Origin: Hydrolagus colliei
Taxonomy: Eukaryota
DNA length: 64,000 nt
Direction: 5' to 3'
NCBI GenBank assembly: GCA_035084275.1
Contig: CM068755.1
Location: forward strand, 12,958,001-13,022,000
A program made the position numbers and the translations under genes. Under the pieces are notes generated by a model that searched no databases, had not been told where the DNA came from, and saw only the letters and a list, made by a program, of their open reading frames with translations. This document shows, piece after piece, positions 62,241-64,000 of the stretch; the first letter of the stretch is position 1, and every line of letters starts with the position of its first letter.

Positions 62241-63329
62241 TATTGACATCAAACACAGGGACAGTGTGAGGGAAAAGTAACACCACAGGGAACAGAATGG
62301 TGAAATGGCAACAGGAAGAAACCAGGCAGGCATTTAAAAGATTTTTATAGAAAGAGAAGAGAAGGAATGGAAGCAAGAGGGAAAATGAAGCGACTGTAAA
62401 TTTTACACATTGCAGCAAAGGTGGGTGATGATCGTAAGATGTTACAATAAGTACACTTCAGAGAGAGACAGCGCAAATGTTTCGTCAGTTCTGATTGCCT
62501 TTGCATTTACCCGGTCATGTATAATTTATAGCCCAAAATAAAATAGTTCCAGCTTGCCTGTGCTTGTTCAGCTCACTCCATAAAAGTCATATAAACCTTT
62601 GGATGTGCACAGTACAATATGCAGCTTTTTTTTCCAAACTTATTGAACATATTGGCTATGCACATACATTCCCCCACCCCTCACGTTACACCTAGTTTAT
62701 TCAATGCATTTATATTGTGTTATTTAAGAGAGAGAGAAGGCAGGGGAAAGGAAGGAAAACGGGCCGAGAGAGAACAAAAAAAGAAAAGAGAAGGGAGCGA
62801 AAGGAAGCAAACACAGATGTTGGAGCTGAAGATTAATGAGGATTCCAACAAAACAGTTCAGCTAAAACAGGTTGTATAATTTTTTCTGCAAAAATAAAAT
62901 GATTCCAGCTTCCCCGTATAATTTAGCTATAGTCTTTGTGCTTGTATAGTGCAGTTAAAGAATGCAGTCTAAAGACAGTTTTGGAAGGCTGGACAGTCGG
63001 GGGATTACGCTATCTTGAAGCAGGGAAAGAGTAACAGCCCCCCTTTCATTTTCAACACAACAATAGTTTGTGTAACGTTTGCAAATGGTCACTTCTGTCG
63101 GTGCCATACCTTTCCAGTAAAGGCAGGACCGTGGCGCTGAATGTTACATATGCATCTGTTTAGTGTGTGTGTCTGTGCGTGTGTGTGTGAAAGATACATA
63201 CTGTAACTCAAAGCACCACAGGTATCCCTTCAGTTTCTGAGATCTTTGAGAATGGTGTGAAATCGTTTTCAATCTCTAGGTTTTCTTGTCATTGGTTTTA
63301 TTACTCTCCTATTTAACTTCTCCCACTTG

Positions 63330-63625
63330 TGTAACCTGCCTGCTCCCTCTCTCAGCAGGCTCTGGCCTGCTTCATGTCCCCTACCTCGCCCGCCCCACCA
63401 TTGGCGAGCGGGCCTTCAGCTACTCAGCACCCACCCTCTGGAACTCCAACCCGCAGTCCCTCCACCTCGCACCCTTCCTTGCCTCCTTCAAGACCAATTT
63501 CAAGATCCTCTGCTTAGACTGTGCCTTCGGACCTTCCCCCCATACCCCACCCCTAGCCCTCCATTCTCCCTGAAAACAATCCCCAGCTCGGGTCTGAAAC
63601 ACTGATTGTTCCAAGCCTTAGGACG
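63330..63625 (+). mobile_element. L2 LINE 3' fragment
   Basis: SGLLHVP...TIGERAFSYSAPTLWNS.PQSLHLAP.LASFK, same family as the copy at 59900. Confidence 0.9.
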
Positions 63626-64000
63626 TTCTCATTCATTTCTACCTATTGTTGTCTCTTGCTGATGTTCACCCACACCGCAATTACGTATGTGAAGCACAAA
63701 TACACAGTCACTACACTTGATAGCAGTTCTCTGTGAAATGCTTAGAAGCATTTCAACATTTTAGATTTCACATTAAATGCAAGGGTTAATATTCATCTAT
63801 CTACCACACATCTCACATTCACTTACACCCCACTCGCTACATGTTCACTCCCACATTATCTACTTAGCTCAATATGCATTTCCCCCTATCTCTATCTCTT
63901 ATATTATTACATTGATGAGTATTCTCCATCTCACAAACATCTTGCGCAATTTCAGCTACTCTCTGACACAATTGACATTCCTGTCTGTCTCTTCTGCATC

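Noticed and set aside
63121-63141. REST/NRSE-like site
   Set aside because: Only about two-thirds of the positions match and one half-site is broken
1-64000. Short ORFs of the six-frame track as host genes
   Set aside because: No recognisable host protein and no consistent exon chain. Most are chance ORFs or read through SINE, L2 or microsatellite sequence.
1-64000. CRISPR array or other prokaryotic system
   Set aside because: No regularly spaced repeats or gene-dense operons; the sequence is vertebrate non-coding DNA

Overview
AT-rich, CpG-depleted vertebrate non-coding DNA. Its repeat repertoire (tRNA-head SINEs with L2-type tails, Deu-domain SINEs, L2, CR1, a Penelope-type hammerhead palindrome) points to a cartilaginous fish, probably elephant shark-like; this is inference. 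I recognise no intact host protein-coding exon, RNA gene or CRISPR array. Nearly all ORFs in the track are chance ORFs or repeat-derived. Repeat-free, homeodomain-motif-rich blocks look like conserved non-coding enhancers of a gene desert or giant intron near a developmental regulator that cannot be identified here. The least obvious signal is a layer of very old PIF/Harbinger transposase fossils readable only in translation. The best case (35.5-37.1 kb) is a split transposase facing a convergent second ORF, with a SINE and a CR1 nested inside it. Further relics lie near 1.3-1.6, 48.3-49.0 and 59.0-59.75 kb, and there is a Harbinger-like palindromic MITE. Other notable items are a double-hammerhead palindrome inserted in a CR1 tail, a head-to-tail SINE dimer, tail-only L2 insertions with target-site duplications, and several structured CpG-retaining elements. 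Family assignments come from motifs recalled from memory, not database searches. Repeat boundaries are approximate. There is one 131-N gap.
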